From: an uncultured Gemmatimonadales bacterium
GTDB taxonomy: Bacteria; Gemmatimonadota; Gemmatimonadetes; Palauibacterales; Palauibacteraceae
Reading direction: 5' to 3'
DNA: 64,000 nt
Assembly (NCBI GenBank): GCA_963783385.1
Contig: CAWANJ010000002.1
Span: 20,908 to 84,907 of the forward strand
Below, piece after piece: positions 29,467 through 39,475 of this stretch (the stretch's first letter is position 1; every line of letters begins with the position of its first letter). Both the position numbers and the translations under genes were made by a program. The notes beneath the pieces are model-generated. The model was not told the DNA's origin. It did not search any database and was given only the letters and a program-made list of their open reading frames with translations.

Positions 29467-31557
29467 GTGATCAGCGACCGACCCCGGCTCCCTCGCACGC
29501 TGTGCTTGCCGGCACTCCTCGCCGGGACGCTGCTCGGGCTGCACGCGGCGCCCGCCCTGGCCCAGTCCCGCCCGGCGCCGGTGGCCGATCCGGCGGCCAC
29601 GCTGCGGGGAGGGCGGCCGCTCCCGGGCCCACTGTACGAGACGGCGGCGTTCACGCGTGCCGTCGAGGCCGGCACGAGGACGCGGACCGGCCGACCCGGC
29701 CAAGCCTACTGGGTGCAGCACGCCCGTTACCGCATCGAGGCGCGGATCGACACGGCGTCCGGCCGCGTGGAGGGGCGGGAGGCCGTGCGCTACCTGAACC
29801 GCTCGCCGGACACGCTCCGACGGGTGGCGGTCTACCTGCGCCAGAACGTCTTCGCCCCCGGCAGCCCCCGACTCGGCGCCGCCCCCGTCACGGGCGGCGT
29901 GCGCCTGGAGCGGGTGGCCGCCGCCGGCCGCGACCTCGAGGCGGAGCCACCCCGGAACCCCGCCGTGCCGATCACCGAGGCGCCTCCCGGACCCCCGGAG
30001 ACCGGCCGCTACGCGGTCGACGGGACGGTGATGTGGATCGCGCTCTCCGACCCCCTGTCGCCGGGCGACAGCCTCGACCTCTCCTTCGCGTGGTCCTACG
30101 CGCCCGCGCCCGCGCCCTCCGACGGCCGCGAGGGCCGGGATGGGGGCGTGTGGTTCATGGGCTACTGGTATCCCCAGGTGGCCGTGTACGACGACGTCGA
30201 CGGATGGGTGACCGACCCCTACCTGGACGGGGCCGAGTTCTACATGGACCCGGCCGACTACGACGTGCGCCTCACGGTGCCGAGGGGCTGGGTGGTGGGC
30301 GCCACCGGCACGCTCCGGAACCCGGACGACGTGCTGTCGGCGCGGTCCAGGGCGCGGCTGGCCGAGGCCAGGAGCGGTGGGGCGGTGGTGCACGTGGTGG
30401 CCGCCGACGAGCGAGGATCCGACGCCGTCTTCGCGCCCGGCTCCGCAGACCTCACGTGGCACTTCACGGCCGCCGACGTGCGGGACTTCGCCTGGGGAGC
30501 GAGCCGGGACTACGTCTGGGACGCGACCCGTGCGCTGGTCGGAGGCAGCGCGCCGCCCGACACGGTCGTCATCCAGAGCTTCTACCGGCCGACCGCCGCG
30601 GCCGCCGCCTGGGCGGCGGGCGGCGCCCGCTTCACCCGGGACGCCGTGGAGAGGCTGTCGGACTACCTGTGGCCCTATCCGTGGCCCGTGATGACCTCGA
30701 TGGAGGGCGTGCTCGACTCGGGTGGCATGGAGTACCCGATGATGACGCTCATGCAGCCGTGGGCGGACACGCTGTCGCTGGCCGGCGACCTCATGCACGA
30801 GACCGGGCACATGTGGTTCCCGATGCAGGTGGGCTCCAACGAGACCCGCCATCCGTGGATGGACGAGGGCCTCACCCAGTTCGACGTGGCGCAGGGGATG
30901 CGCGCGGTCTACGGGGAGCCGCGCCAGGGAGGCCGGCCCAACGACTCGGAGCCCGGGCAGCGGAAGCTCTACCTGGAGGCGGCGCGCGCGGGGCACGAGG
31001 CGCCCCTCATGCGCCACGGCGACCGCTTCCCCCAGGACCTCTACTTCGTGATGTACTACGACAAGACGGCCCAGGTGCTGGCCACGCTCCGCTCCATCCT
31101 CGGCGAGCCGACCTTCCAGCGGGCCCTCCGGGAGTACGGGCGGCGGTGGATCGACCGGCACCCCGAGCCGGTCGACTTCTTCAACACCTTCTCGGACGTC
31201 GCGGGCGGCGACCTGTCGTGGTTCTGGCGCAGCTGGTTCTACGAGCCCTGGTCCCTGGACCAGGCCCTCGGGCCCGTTCGGATCGACGGCGACTCGGTCG
31301 TCATCACGGTCGAGGACCTGGGACTGGCCCCCATGCCGATCCGACTGGCGGTCACCCGGGCGGATGGAAGCGTCCAGCGCCTGGAGCTCCCGGCGAGCGT
31401 GTGGCTGGATGGCTCGCGTCGCCACCTGGTCCGGGTCGCGGCCCGGCCCGAGGTCGTCCGCATCCAGATCGACCCGGAGGGCGCCTTCCCGGACCTCGAC
31501 CGGTCCAACCAGGTGTGGGAGCGGGCCTCTCAGCCCAGCAGCCGCCACCAGAGGTAG
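29467..31557 (+). CDS. M1-family zinc aminopeptidase (gluzincin, HEXXH-X18-E), secreted
   Basis: GTG 29467 after a ggagg RBS. Signal peptide VISDRPRLPRTLCLPALLAGTLLGLHAAPALAQS. The zinc site is LMHETGHMWFPMQVGSNETRHPWMDEGLTQF. The ORF upstream of 29467 overlaps the opposite-strand MBL gene and is not coding-like. Confidence 0.75.
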   Translation: MISDRPRLPRTLCLPALLAGTLLGLHAAPALAQSRPAPVADPAATLRGGRPLPGPLYETAAFTRAVEAGTRTRTGRPGQAYWVQHARYRIEARIDTASGRVEGREAVRYLNRSPDTLRRVAVYLRQNVFAPGSPRLGAAPVTGGVRLERVAAAGRDLEAEPPRNPAVPITEAPPGPPETGRYAVDGTVMWIALSDPLSPGDSLDLSFAWSYAPAPAPSDGREGRDGGVWFMGYWYPQVAVYDDVDGWVTDPYLDGAEFYMDPADYDVRLTVPRGWVVGATGTLRNPDDVLSARSRARLAEARSGGAVVHVVAADERGSDAVFAPGSADLTWHFTAADVRDFAWGASRDYVWDATRALVGGSAPPDTVVIQSFYRPTAAAAAWAAGGARFTRDAVERLSDYLWPYPWPVMTSMEGVLDSGGMEYPMMTLMQPWADTLSLAGDLMHETGHMWFPMQVGSNETRHPWMDEGLTQFDVAQGMRAVYGEPRQGGRPNDSEPGQRKLYLEAARAGHEAPLMRHGDRFPQDLYFVMYYDKTAQVLATLRSILGEPTFQRALREYGRRWIDRHPEPVDFFNTFSDVAGGDLSWFWRSWFYEPWSLDQALGPVRIDGDSVVITVEDLGLAPMPIRLAVTRADGSVQRLELPASVWLDGSRRHLVRVAARPEVVRIQIDPEGAFPDLDRSNQVWERASQPSSRHQR

Positions 31558-32855
31558 ACGAGGCCGAAGCCGCCGAGCACCACGAGCCCCACCCACGAGA
31601 GCGCGATCATGCGCCGCCCGGGGCGATGCTCGGCGGGGAACCCGGGGGAGGTCACGGCCCGCAGGTTGAGGTAGCCGAGCACGGGCGCGGTCAGGAAGGA
31701 GACAATGGTCGCGAAATCGACCATGCCGGTGAGCGAGCGGGCCAGGCCCGCCAGGACGACGAGCACCAGAGAGCCGATCCCGATCATGGCGCCCCAGTAG
31801 ACGCGTCCCGCCTCACCGATCTCCCCGGCGGACGCCCGGCGCCCCAGCAGCACCCGCGCCGTCTCCGCGAGGGCCCGCGGAAAGCCGTCCACCACGGCCA
31901 GCGACGTCGACAGCATCGTGGTCAGGATCGCGGCCAGCACGAACGGGCGCGACCACGCGCCCAGGGTCCGGCCGTACAGGTCCAGGAGCTGGAGGGAGAA
32001 CGCGGGCCCGGCGGAGCCGAACGTCTCGCCGCTGCCGTGCATGACGGCCGCACCCAGGGTGAGGAACGCGAAGGCCAGGATCCCCGTCCCCGCGTAGCCG
32101 ACCAGGAAGTCGGCTCGCGCCGCGGCCACGGACGTGCGCGCCCGGTCCGCTGCATCCTTGGCCAGAGTCCACAGGGAGGACCACACGGCCACGTCGATGG
32201 CCGAGGGCATCCACCCCACCAGCGCGAGCACGAAGGCGAAGCTCACGGCCCCGCCGGCCGCCGCCCCGTTGTCTCCCACGCTCGGCCACGACGTCAGGGT
32301 GGCGAGGTCCGCCCGGGGGAAGGCGACCGCCGCCGCCAGGAGCGTCGAGAGCGCCAGGGTCACGAGGAGGACCTTCATGGTGCGGTCCAGGAGGCGGTAG
32401 CGACCCGCATACAGGAGGAGCCCGCACGCCAGGTACACGACCCCGCCCGCCACCACCGGGGAGGCGTGCGCGCCCACCACCGACAGGAGGAGGAAGCCGG
32501 TGAGGAGCACGATCGCGGCGTCCACGATGAACGCCGTGGCCAGCGTGAGCCCGAGGTAGAGCCACACCGCCCACCCGCCAATGTGACGATAGCCTGCCAC
32601 CAGGCTCTCACCCGTGGCGGCGGCGTAGCGCGGCCCGTACTCGAAGAACGGGTACTTGAGGACCAGGGCCGCGAGGATGACGCCGGCCAGGGCGAAGCCG
32701 GCGTCGGCCCCGGCGCGGGTGGACTGCACCAGGTGCGAGACGCCGATGGCGGTCCCGGCCCAGATGAGGCCGGGACCGAGGGCCCGCCGTAGCTCGCGCC
32801 AGGAGAGGCGCTTCCCGCGGGCGGCGGTTTCCGCGTCCGCGGCCGGACGCGCCAC
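31530..32855 (-). CDS. Nramp-family divalent metal cation transporter (MntH-like)
   Basis: Conserved GPGLIWAGTAIGVSHLVQSTRAGADAGFAL...VLKYPFFEYGPRYAAATGESL and 11 to 12 TM helices. The GTG start at 32855 (MARPAADAE...) lies 12 nt below the upstream gene stop. The 5-prime 370 nt of ORF 31530..33224 is not coding-like. Confidence 0.75.
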   Translation of the reverse strand: MARPAADAETAARGKRLSWRELRRALGPGLIWAGTAIGVSHLVQSTRAGADAGFALAGVILAALVLKYPFFEYGPRYAAATGESLVAGYRHIGGWAVWLYLGLTLATAFIVDAAIVLLTGFLLLSVVGAHASPVVAGGVVYLACGLLLYAGRYRLLDRTMKVLLVTLALSTLLAAAVAFPRADLATLTSWPSVGDNGAAAGGAVSFAFVLALVGWMPSAIDVAVWSSLWTLAKDAADRARTSVAAARADFLVGYAGTGILAFAFLTLGAAVMHGSGETFGSAGPAFSLQLLDLYGRTLGAWSRPFVLAAILTTMLSTSLAVVDGFPRALAETARVLLGRRASAGEIGEAGRVYWGAMIGIGSLVLVVLAGLARSLTGMVDFATIVSFLTAPVLGYLNLRAVTSPGFPAEHRPGRRMIALSWVGLVVLGGFGLVYLWWRLLG

Positions 32856-32866
32856 GTCCGGGTCGA

Positions 32867-33958
32867 TCAGGGCTCGAGCACGAGGACGGCGAATGACCCC
32901 GGTACGGGCCGCGGGCGCGGGTGCGGACGATCGGCCGTGGGCGCCGGCGCCGGCCCGAACTCCATGCTGACCGTGTAGAGACGGTGCGTGCGCTCGTCCA
33001 ACCCCATGGTACGCGCGCCACGCTCCGTCGGGACGTTGGCCACCACCGAGAAGTGCTCCGGATCCTCCTCCCGGACGACGGTGATCGTGCCTGCCCCCGC
33101 CGACGCGAAGGCGAGTCCCGTACCCGGGTCGAAACGGGTGGCGTCCACTCCGTCCCCGACCGGCAGCGTGGCGACGACCTTCCCGGTCCGGGCATCCACG
33201 ACCGCCATCATGGCGTTGCCGCACCCCACGAACAGGCGGGCGTGGGCCCGGTCGATGGCCAGGCCCGTCGGCTCCTCGCAGGGCGCCAGCGGCCAGCTCG
33301 CCTCGACCTCCAGGCTCTGCGGGTCGATCTCGACGATCTGGCTGCTGTCCTCGACGTTGGCGTACAGGTGCCCGGCATGGTCAGAGACCGCGAATTCGAG
33401 CGTGCCGCCGACGGGGATCGTACCGACCACCGAGTCGCCAGCCGCGTCGATCGCGGTGACGTTGCCGCGCGAATGATTGAAGGTGAACACCCGCCGCGTA
33501 TATGGATCGTAGAGGATCGCGTCCGGGTTGCGGCCGGTGGCCTGGATCGTGGCGATCGGCTTCAGGGTCTCGAGGTCGACCACGGTCACCGTGGAATCAC
33601 GCCCGTTGCTCGTGTAGCCGCGCCCGAGCTCGTCGGCGAGGGCGATCCCGTGGACGCCGGGCGTGCCGGGGACTTCCCCCGTGATGGAATCGGAGGCCAG
33701 GTCGAGGACCTGGACGTGCGTTCCGTGCGAGATGAACAGGCGGCCGCGGGCCGTGTCCACGGTGAGGTAGTCCCAGAAGCCGTCGGGTCCTCCGACCGGG
33801 ATGCGCTTCACCACGTGGTATTGGGGCCCGGCGGCCTGTGCGCGGACCGGCCCCGGATGGATGGCCGACAGGGCCATCAGGAGGAGCCCGGAAAGCAGGG
33901 GGGTAGCGCGCCAGATCGGAGCGCGAGGGGTGAGGGAGGCCACGCTGTCCATGTCCAT
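32867..33958 (-). CDS. YVTN-family beta-propeller repeat protein (secreted)
   Basis: Signal peptide MDMDSVASLTPRAPIWRATPLLSGLLLMALSAIHPGPVRAQAA. About 40-residue repeats (HGIALADELGRGYTSNGRDSTVTVVDLETLK, TGRNPDAILYDPYTRRVFTFNHSRGNVTAID, EPTGLAIDRAHARLFVGC). Confidence 0.7.
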   Translation of the reverse strand: MDMDSVASLTPRAPIWRATPLLSGLLLMALSAIHPGPVRAQAAGPQYHVVKRIPVGGPDGFWDYLTVDTARGRLFISHGTHVQVLDLASDSITGEVPGTPGVHGIALADELGRGYTSNGRDSTVTVVDLETLKPIATIQATGRNPDAILYDPYTRRVFTFNHSRGNVTAIDAAGDSVVGTIPVGGTLEFAVSDHAGHLYANVEDSSQIVEIDPQSLEVEASWPLAPCEEPTGLAIDRAHARLFVGCGNAMMAVVDARTGKVVATLPVGDGVDATRFDPGTGLAFASAGAGTITVVREEDPEHFSVVANVPTERGARTMGLDERTHRLYTVSMEFGPAPAPTADRPHPRPRPVPGSFAVLVLEP

Positions 33959-34063
33959 CGGATGTCTCCGGATCACGGGTGGCGGCCGATGCCGGCCGCG
34001 GCGGCTCATACGATGGGAAAGAGTGGGAGCGCTCCGCCAGCGGAGAGCCGTCGTGCCCGCGGA

Positions 34064-34465
34064 TCAGGCGGAGTCGTCGCTCGACGCGGCCGTGCCGTCG
34101 GAGGCGCGGATCGGGACCTCCTCCACCAGCCCGACGTAGTTTCCCTCCGGATCCGCGAGCCACGCGAACCTGCCCTCGCCCTCCGGAAGGGCGGTGGCCG
34201 GCACCACGACCCGCCCACCCAGCGACTCCGCCCGCTCGCAGGCGGCCTCGAGGTCGTCGACTTCGACGTACAGCATCACGTACCGCCCGGGCTCGTGTCC
34301 CAGGGCCGTGATGTGTCCGTCAATGCCGCGTCCGGCGCAGGTCGTCATCCGAACGGAAGACGAACCGTAGGGGCGGCTCTTCCAGCCGAACAGGAGGCCG
34401 TAGAAGGTCTCGGCTCGCTCGCGGTCCTCGCAGCCGATCTCGAAGTGCACGACGGGACTCCCCAT
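34064..34465 (-). CDS. VOC-family (glyoxalase/bleomycin-resistance-like) protein
   Basis: From ATG 34465 (133 aa) the sequence is MGSPVVHFEIGCEDRERAETFYGLLFGWK...RYVMLYVEVDDLEAACERAESLGGRVVVP. The rest of ORF 34064..35674 is not coding-like. Confidence 0.7.
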   Translation of the reverse strand: MGSPVVHFEIGCEDRERAETFYGLLFGWKSRPYGSSSVRMTTCAGRGIDGHITALGHEPGRYVMLYVEVDDLEAACERAESLGGRVVVPATALPEGEGRFAWLADPEGNYVGLVEEVPIRASDGTAASSDDSA

Positions 34466-34653
34466 GCCGGCCTCCGGCCTCGCGTGATCCAGCGTTCGTC
34501 CGCTCGCGGCCCGTGGGCCGGGAGCGAGCTCGGGGTGGCGGCGGGCCCGCCGCGCGGGGCGGGGGCCGGGTAACTCCGCCAATGTAGCGCGGCGGGCGCC
34601 GCGTTCGCACGACCTGAATGCCGCGTCCTCCGCGGGGACCGGCGGTCCCCGCC

Positions 34654-36039
34654 TCAGTGGACCCGGCGCGCCCGGTCCGGGGAGCCGAGGGTGCGGAGCA
34701 CCCGGACCCAGGCAATGGCCTTGGTGGTCGGGTCGCGCTCGAACCACAGCCGTCGCTCGGTGCCGGAGACGAAGAAGGAGTCGGGCGCCGACGGCCGGAA
34801 CTCCAGCGTAGTCCCGCCCGGCGTCTTCAGGTGCAGGGCGCCGTCCGAGGCCGTGAGGCGAAGCGTGTCCCCCTCCGGGAAGCGGTACAGGCCGGCGCAG
34901 GCCGCGATCTCGGCCGGAGGCAGCCGGACGGAGCTCGGCTCCGGCGGCCGCAGGGCGGGGTCGTACAGCCACGCCACCTGGTGGGCGATGTGGGGCGTGG
35001 CCGCGCCGGCGAGGTTGGTGAGCACCGCCACCGTCACCGAGTCGTCCACGTAGCGGACGATGTGGGTGCTGAACCCCTGCCAGCCGCCGGCGTGCTCTAC
35101 GACCCAGTGGCCGGGCGTCCCGTGCACCTCCCAGCCGAACCCGTAGCTGGTGGTCGTGCCGTCGGCGAGGCGCACGGGGGTCCACATCTCCCGCTTCTCG
35201 TCCGATGTGAGAAACGCGTCCCCCGACAGCGCCGCGTCCCAGCGCGCCAGGTCCAGGACCGTGAAGTAGAGGGCCCCGTCGGCGGTGTGCTCCCAGGTGG
35301 GCGACACCCACGCCTGGTTGGCAAGCTGGCCGTCGTCGAGGACGTAGCCGGAGGCCCGGTTCGGGATGATGTCGGGGAGCCCGATCATGCGGGCCGTCTT
35401 CATGCCCAGCGGCGCGAACACCCGGTCGTGCAGGAAGCGGTTCCAGTGGGCGCCGGTCACCCGGTCGATGATGATGCCGAGGAGGACGTAGCCCGTGTTG
35501 CTGTAGCTCCACGTGGTGTCCGGCCGGAAGATGAGCGGCAGCCGCGCGAACAGGCGCGCGAGCTCCGCGTCCGTGTAGTCGCGCCGCAGGTCCACGATCG
35601 GGGGATCGGCGTTCTCGTAGTCCTGGATCCCGGACGTGTGGGTGAGGAGGTTCCGGATCGTGATCCCCTTCCACGCCTCGGCCCCCTCGGGCAGGTACTT
35701 CGTGATCGGGTCGTCCAGCGCCAGCTTCCCGTCACGAGCCAGGAGGAGGACCATGGCCGAGGTGAACTGCTTCCCGACCGAGCCGGACTGGAAGATCGTG
35801 TTGGGCTTCACCGGGACGTCCAGCTCCACGTCCGCGAGGCCGTAACCCTTCGCCTTCACGATCCGCCCCGCCCGGTAGATCCCGAGGGCGAGGCCCGGGA
35901 TGTGGTGGGCGTGCATGTACGCTTCGACCCAGGCGTCGATCGTATCGGAGGCGACCGATGGGGGCGGGGTGGCGGAGAGCGGCGTGGCCAGGACCAGCAG
36001 GGCGAGCGCGGCCGGCACGTGCAGGCGCCTGTGCGCCAT
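34654..36039 (-). CDS. serine hydrolase of the class-C beta-lactamase / PBP4b family (secreted)
   Basis: From ATG 36039 the signal peptide is MAHRRLHVPAALALLVLATPLSA. The SxxK active site is FQSGSVGKQFTSAMVLLL and a YxN motif region is present (WSYSNTGYVLLG). Confidence 0.8.
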   Translation of the reverse strand: MAHRRLHVPAALALLVLATPLSATPPPSVASDTIDAWVEAYMHAHHIPGLALGIYRAGRIVKAKGYGLADVELDVPVKPNTIFQSGSVGKQFTSAMVLLLARDGKLALDDPITKYLPEGAEAWKGITIRNLLTHTSGIQDYENADPPIVDLRRDYTDAELARLFARLPLIFRPDTTWSYSNTGYVLLGIIIDRVTGAHWNRFLHDRVFAPLGMKTARMIGLPDIIPNRASGYVLDDGQLANQAWVSPTWEHTADGALYFTVLDLARWDAALSGDAFLTSDEKREMWTPVRLADGTTTSYGFGWEVHGTPGHWVVEHAGGWQGFSTHIVRYVDDSVTVAVLTNLAGAATPHIAHQVAWLYDPALRPPEPSSVRLPPAEIAACAGLYRFPEGDTLRLTASDGALHLKTPGGTTLEFRPSAPDSFFVSGTERRLWFERDPTTKAIAWVRVLRTLGSPDRARRVH

Positions 36040-36329
36040 GGGCTTCTCCCTTCGAACGTGAACGGTGCGTGGACGCGCCGGCATGTCCCGGCTCGCCGCT
36101 CCTGGCAATGTCGAGGGGAGAGCCGGATCTGCCAACCCCCGGTGCCGATGGGCGAAAGCCCGGCGGCGGCGTGGCCCGGCGGGCGCCGGCGGAGCGAACT
36201 CCATTGCCGGCCTCGTGCCGCCCGGCCATGTTGGGCTCCGACCCGGTGCGACCCAGACGCGGACGGCCCGGCGCCTCGCGCCCGCTCCGCCCGCCGCGGC
36301 TCCCGCAGCTCTCGAGACAGAGGCTCCGC

Positions 36330-38693
36330 ATGCGCCAGCGCACGCTCCCGCTCGCTCTCCTGGCCCTGACCGCCCTCCCGCTGGCGGCGCGTCCCGCCCG
36401 CGGCCAGGCGCCCGTCCCGTACGCGCCCGACTCGGTCACGGCCGCCCGGTATGCGCATGCCGAGCGCTTCCTGCGCGCGGCCACGGCGCCCCTCGTGCTC
36501 CACGCGGACGTCAGGCCCACCTGGCTGCCGGACGGACGCTTGTGGTACCGGGTGCGGACGGCACGCGGGTTCGAGTTCGTCGTCGTCGACCCCGCGCGTC
36601 AGAAGAAGAGCTCCGCCTTCGACCAGGAGAAGGTGGCCGCGGCGCTGTCGGCGGCGGCGGACACGACGTACGACGCCTGGCACCTCCCCTTCCGGTCCTT
36701 CGAGTACGCGCGCGGCGGCAAGGCCATCACCCTCGAGGCGGGCGGGAAGGTCTACACGTGCGACGTCGGCGGAGCGAAGTGCACGGCCGGGAACGCGGCG
36801 TCGGAAGGACCGGGCCGCGACGTGGTCGTCTCCCCCGACGGGAAGCTCGGGGCCTTCCTCAAGGACTGGAACCTGTGGGTGCGCGACCTGGCCACCGGGA
36901 AGGAGACGCAGCTCACCACCGACGGGGTGAAGGATTTCGGCTACGCCACCAACAACGCCGGCTGGATCCGCTCCGACCGGCCCGTGATCCTGTGGTCCCC
37001 GGACTCGAAGCGGATCGCAACCTTCCAGCAGGACCAGCGCGGCGTCGGCGAGATGTACCTGGTCCACACGAAGATCGGCCACCCGACGCTGGACGCGTGG
37101 AAGTACCCGCTGCCGGGCGACAGCGTGATCACCACCATCCAGCGCGTCGTGGTCGACCTGGACGCCGCGGGCGGCCCGAAGGTCGTGCGGCTCGACATGC
37201 CCCCCGACCAGCACCGCTCCGGCGTGTGCGACCACGTGGCGTGCGGGCGTGGGAACCCGGCCGGCGACTTCGCCGACGTGCAGTGGAGCCCGGACGGCTC
37301 GCGGCTGTTCTTCGTGTCGACCTCCCGCGACCACCGGCACGAGACCCTGCGCGAGGCGGACCTTGAGACGGGAAAGGTGCGGGACATCCTGTCCGAGAGC
37401 GCGAAGGACTTCCTCGAGACCGGCTACAACCAGACCGACTGGCGGGTGCTCCCCTCGAAGAACCAGGTCATCTGGTACTCGGAGCGGGACGACTACGGGC
37501 ACCTGTACCTGTACGACCTGAGCACGGGGAAGCTGGAGCACCGGATCACCACGGGGCCGTGGAACGTGCTCCAGGTGCGGCGGGTGGACCCGGCCAGCGG
37601 CACGATCTGGTTCACGGGCGCGGGGCGGGAGCCCGGCGACCCCTACTTCCAGCGCTTCTACAGCGTGCGCACGGACGGGAGCCACCTCACCCTCCTCACC
37701 CCCGACAGCGCCGACCACCAGGTCACGATGTCGCCCGACGGGCGCTGGTTCGTGGACCGGGCCTCGACCCCGCAGACGCCGCCCACGACCGTGCTCCGCG
37801 ACGCGCGGGGCCGGAAGGCGATGGAGCTCGAGCAGGCCGACATCTCGCGGCTGCTGGCCGCCGGGTGGAAGCCGCCGGCGTCGATCACCGTGAAGGCGAG
37901 GGACGGGAAGACGGAGCTGTACGGGCTCCTGTTCACGCCGACGGACCTCGACTCGACGAAGGCCTACCCGATCGTGAACCACATTTACCCGGGCCCCCAG
38001 ACCGGGAGCGTGGGGAGCCGCAGCTTCGAGGCCTCGCGCGGCGACGCGCAGGCGCTGGCCGAGCTCGGCTTCGTGGTGGTCGAGATCGACGCCCTCGGGA
38101 CCCCGATGCGCTCCCACTCCTTCCAGGCGGCCTGGTACGGCGACATGGGCGACAACGGGCTCCCCGACCAGGTGGCGGGGATGAAGGAGCTGGCGGCGCG
38201 CCACCCGTGGATCGACCTGTCGCGGGCCGGGATCTACGGGCACTCGGGCGGGGGCTTCGCCACGGCGGACGCCATGTTCCGCTTCCCCGACTTCTTCCGC
38301 GTCGGGATCGCCGAGGCGGGGAACCACGACAACCGCGAGTACGAGGACGACTGGGGCGAGAAGTGGCAGGGCCTGCTGACCACCGGCCCGGACGGGAAGA
38401 CGAGCTACGACAACCAGGCCAACGAGCTCGTGGCCAGGAATCTGAAGGGGAAGCTCCTCCTGGCCTACGGTACCACGGACGACAACGTGCCGCCCTACAA
38501 CACGCTGCTCGTCGTGGACTCGCTGATCGCGGCCAACAAGGACTTCGACCTGATCGCGCTCCCCAATCGCCGCCACGGCTTCGGGGCCGAGCCCTACATG
38601 GTCCGCCGCCGGTGGGACTACTTCGTCCGGAACCTGCTCGGCGCCGAGCCCCCGCACGAGTTCCGGATCGGGGAGGGCGGCGACGGGGAGTAG
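36330..38693 (+). CDS. S9-family serine peptidase (DPP-IV-like prolyl oligopeptidase family) with N-terminal beta-propeller
   Basis: From ATG 36330 the signal peptide is MRQRTLPLALLALTALPLAARPARGQA. The C-terminal alpha/beta hydrolase has the nucleophile elbow GIYGHSGGGFAT, plus an Asp (TTDDNVPP) and a His (PNRRHGF). Confidence 0.85.
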   Translation: MRQRTLPLALLALTALPLAARPARGQAPVPYAPDSVTAARYAHAERFLRAATAPLVLHADVRPTWLPDGRLWYRVRTARGFEFVVVDPARQKKSSAFDQEKVAAALSAAADTTYDAWHLPFRSFEYARGGKAITLEAGGKVYTCDVGGAKCTAGNAASEGPGRDVVVSPDGKLGAFLKDWNLWVRDLATGKETQLTTDGVKDFGYATNNAGWIRSDRPVILWSPDSKRIATFQQDQRGVGEMYLVHTKIGHPTLDAWKYPLPGDSVITTIQRVVVDLDAAGGPKVVRLDMPPDQHRSGVCDHVACGRGNPAGDFADVQWSPDGSRLFFVSTSRDHRHETLREADLETGKVRDILSESAKDFLETGYNQTDWRVLPSKNQVIWYSERDDYGHLYLYDLSTGKLEHRITTGPWNVLQVRRVDPASGTIWFTGAGREPGDPYFQRFYSVRTDGSHLTLLTPDSADHQVTMSPDGRWFVDRASTPQTPPTTVLRDARGRKAMELEQADISRLLAAGWKPPASITVKARDGKTELYGLLFTPTDLDSTKAYPIVNHIYPGPQTGSVGSRSFEASRGDAQALAELGFVVVEIDALGTPMRSHSFQAAWYGDMGDNGLPDQVAGMKELAARHPWIDLSRAGIYGHSGGGFATADAMFRFPDFFRVGIAEAGNHDNREYEDDWGEKWQGLLTTGPDGKTSYDNQANELVARNLKGKLLLAYGTTDDNVPPYNTLLVVDSLIAANKDFDLIALPNRRHGFGAEPYMVRRRWDYFVRNLLGAEPPHEFRIGEGGDGE

Positions 38694-38725
38694 GACCCGG
38701 TGTCCTGGCCCGCTCGGGTTATGGC
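38447..38725 (+). repeat. copy 1 of a duplicated segment (3-prime end of the S9 peptidase gene plus about 30 bp downstream); the partner is 45495..45772
   Basis: About 90% nucleotide identity to 45495..45772 in the same orientation (GGGAAGCTCCTCCTGGCCTACGGTACCACGGACGACAACGTGCCGCCCTACAAC...). Confidence 0.7.
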
Positions 38726-38810
38726 CCTCTCAGCCGGGAGGGGAGCCGGTGCCTATCTGCTGGGCGAAAAGACGTAGGTGTGCTTCCCATCGCTCAAATG
38801 GAACGCTCCA

Positions 38811-39326
38811 TCACTGACTCGGCCCTCCAGCCATCAACTCGTCGCCGGCAGCGTCGACGAGAACGAGCGTGGTGCCATCCCAATCGTATTGTCCTGTCGA
38901 GCTGACGGCTCGCTGCTGGACCGAGCCTGAGGGATCCTGGAACTGGTTCGTGACGCTCATGGAGAACGCGCCCGTTTGACACTTCGACAGTTGATACGTG
39001 CTGCCATCGGGCAGCGTCACGAGGCCGGATGTGTCGACATGAGCGCCGTTCGGGACGTGATGAACGCATGCCTTCGGCATCCATCCGTCCGGCGTAGCCA
39101 CGCTGTCCTGTGACACGGCCTGGTCGAGCACGAGGGAACCCGCGACGAGTGTCGCGGTGCTGCCGGACGAATCCGTTGTCGTGCAGCATGGCAAACGACG
39201 AGCACCGTCGGCCGTCGTCAGCTCATACCGACCTGAAATGTCCTGGCCAGCGGCTGCTGGATTCGTCACCCCGCAGGCGCTCATTGCGAGTACTGACGTA
39301 ACGACAGCTACGACGGTTGTCTTCAT
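38811..39326 (-). CDS. hypothetical lipoprotein carrying a conserved Cys-motif domain shared with the upstream lipoprotein
   Basis: Lipobox MKTTVVAVVTSVLAMSAC. The domain ...ACVHHVPNGAHVDTSGLVTLPDGSTYQLSKC is shared with the 39476..40738 product. It lies in the lower-GC island. Confidence 0.5.
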   Translation of the reverse strand: MKTTVVAVVTSVLAMSACGVTNPAAAGQDISGRYELTTADGARRLPCCTTTDSSGSTATLVAGSLVLDQAVSQDSVATPDGWMPKACVHHVPNGAHVDTSGLVTLPDGSTYQLSKCQTGAFSMSVTNQFQDPSGSVQQRAVSSTGQYDWDGTTLVLVDAAGDELMAGGPSQ

Positions 39327-39475
39327 AGTATATCCTCCCAGTTGGGATCCTCGCCCGCTGAAGCCACGAGCACTCCGTTTCGTTTCCCAGTCGCGCGAGA
39401 TCTAGCGTGTCTCAACTTCCCGGCCGCCGTCCGTGTTCATGCGTAAGCAGTCCTCCGACGAGTCACACAGCTCGG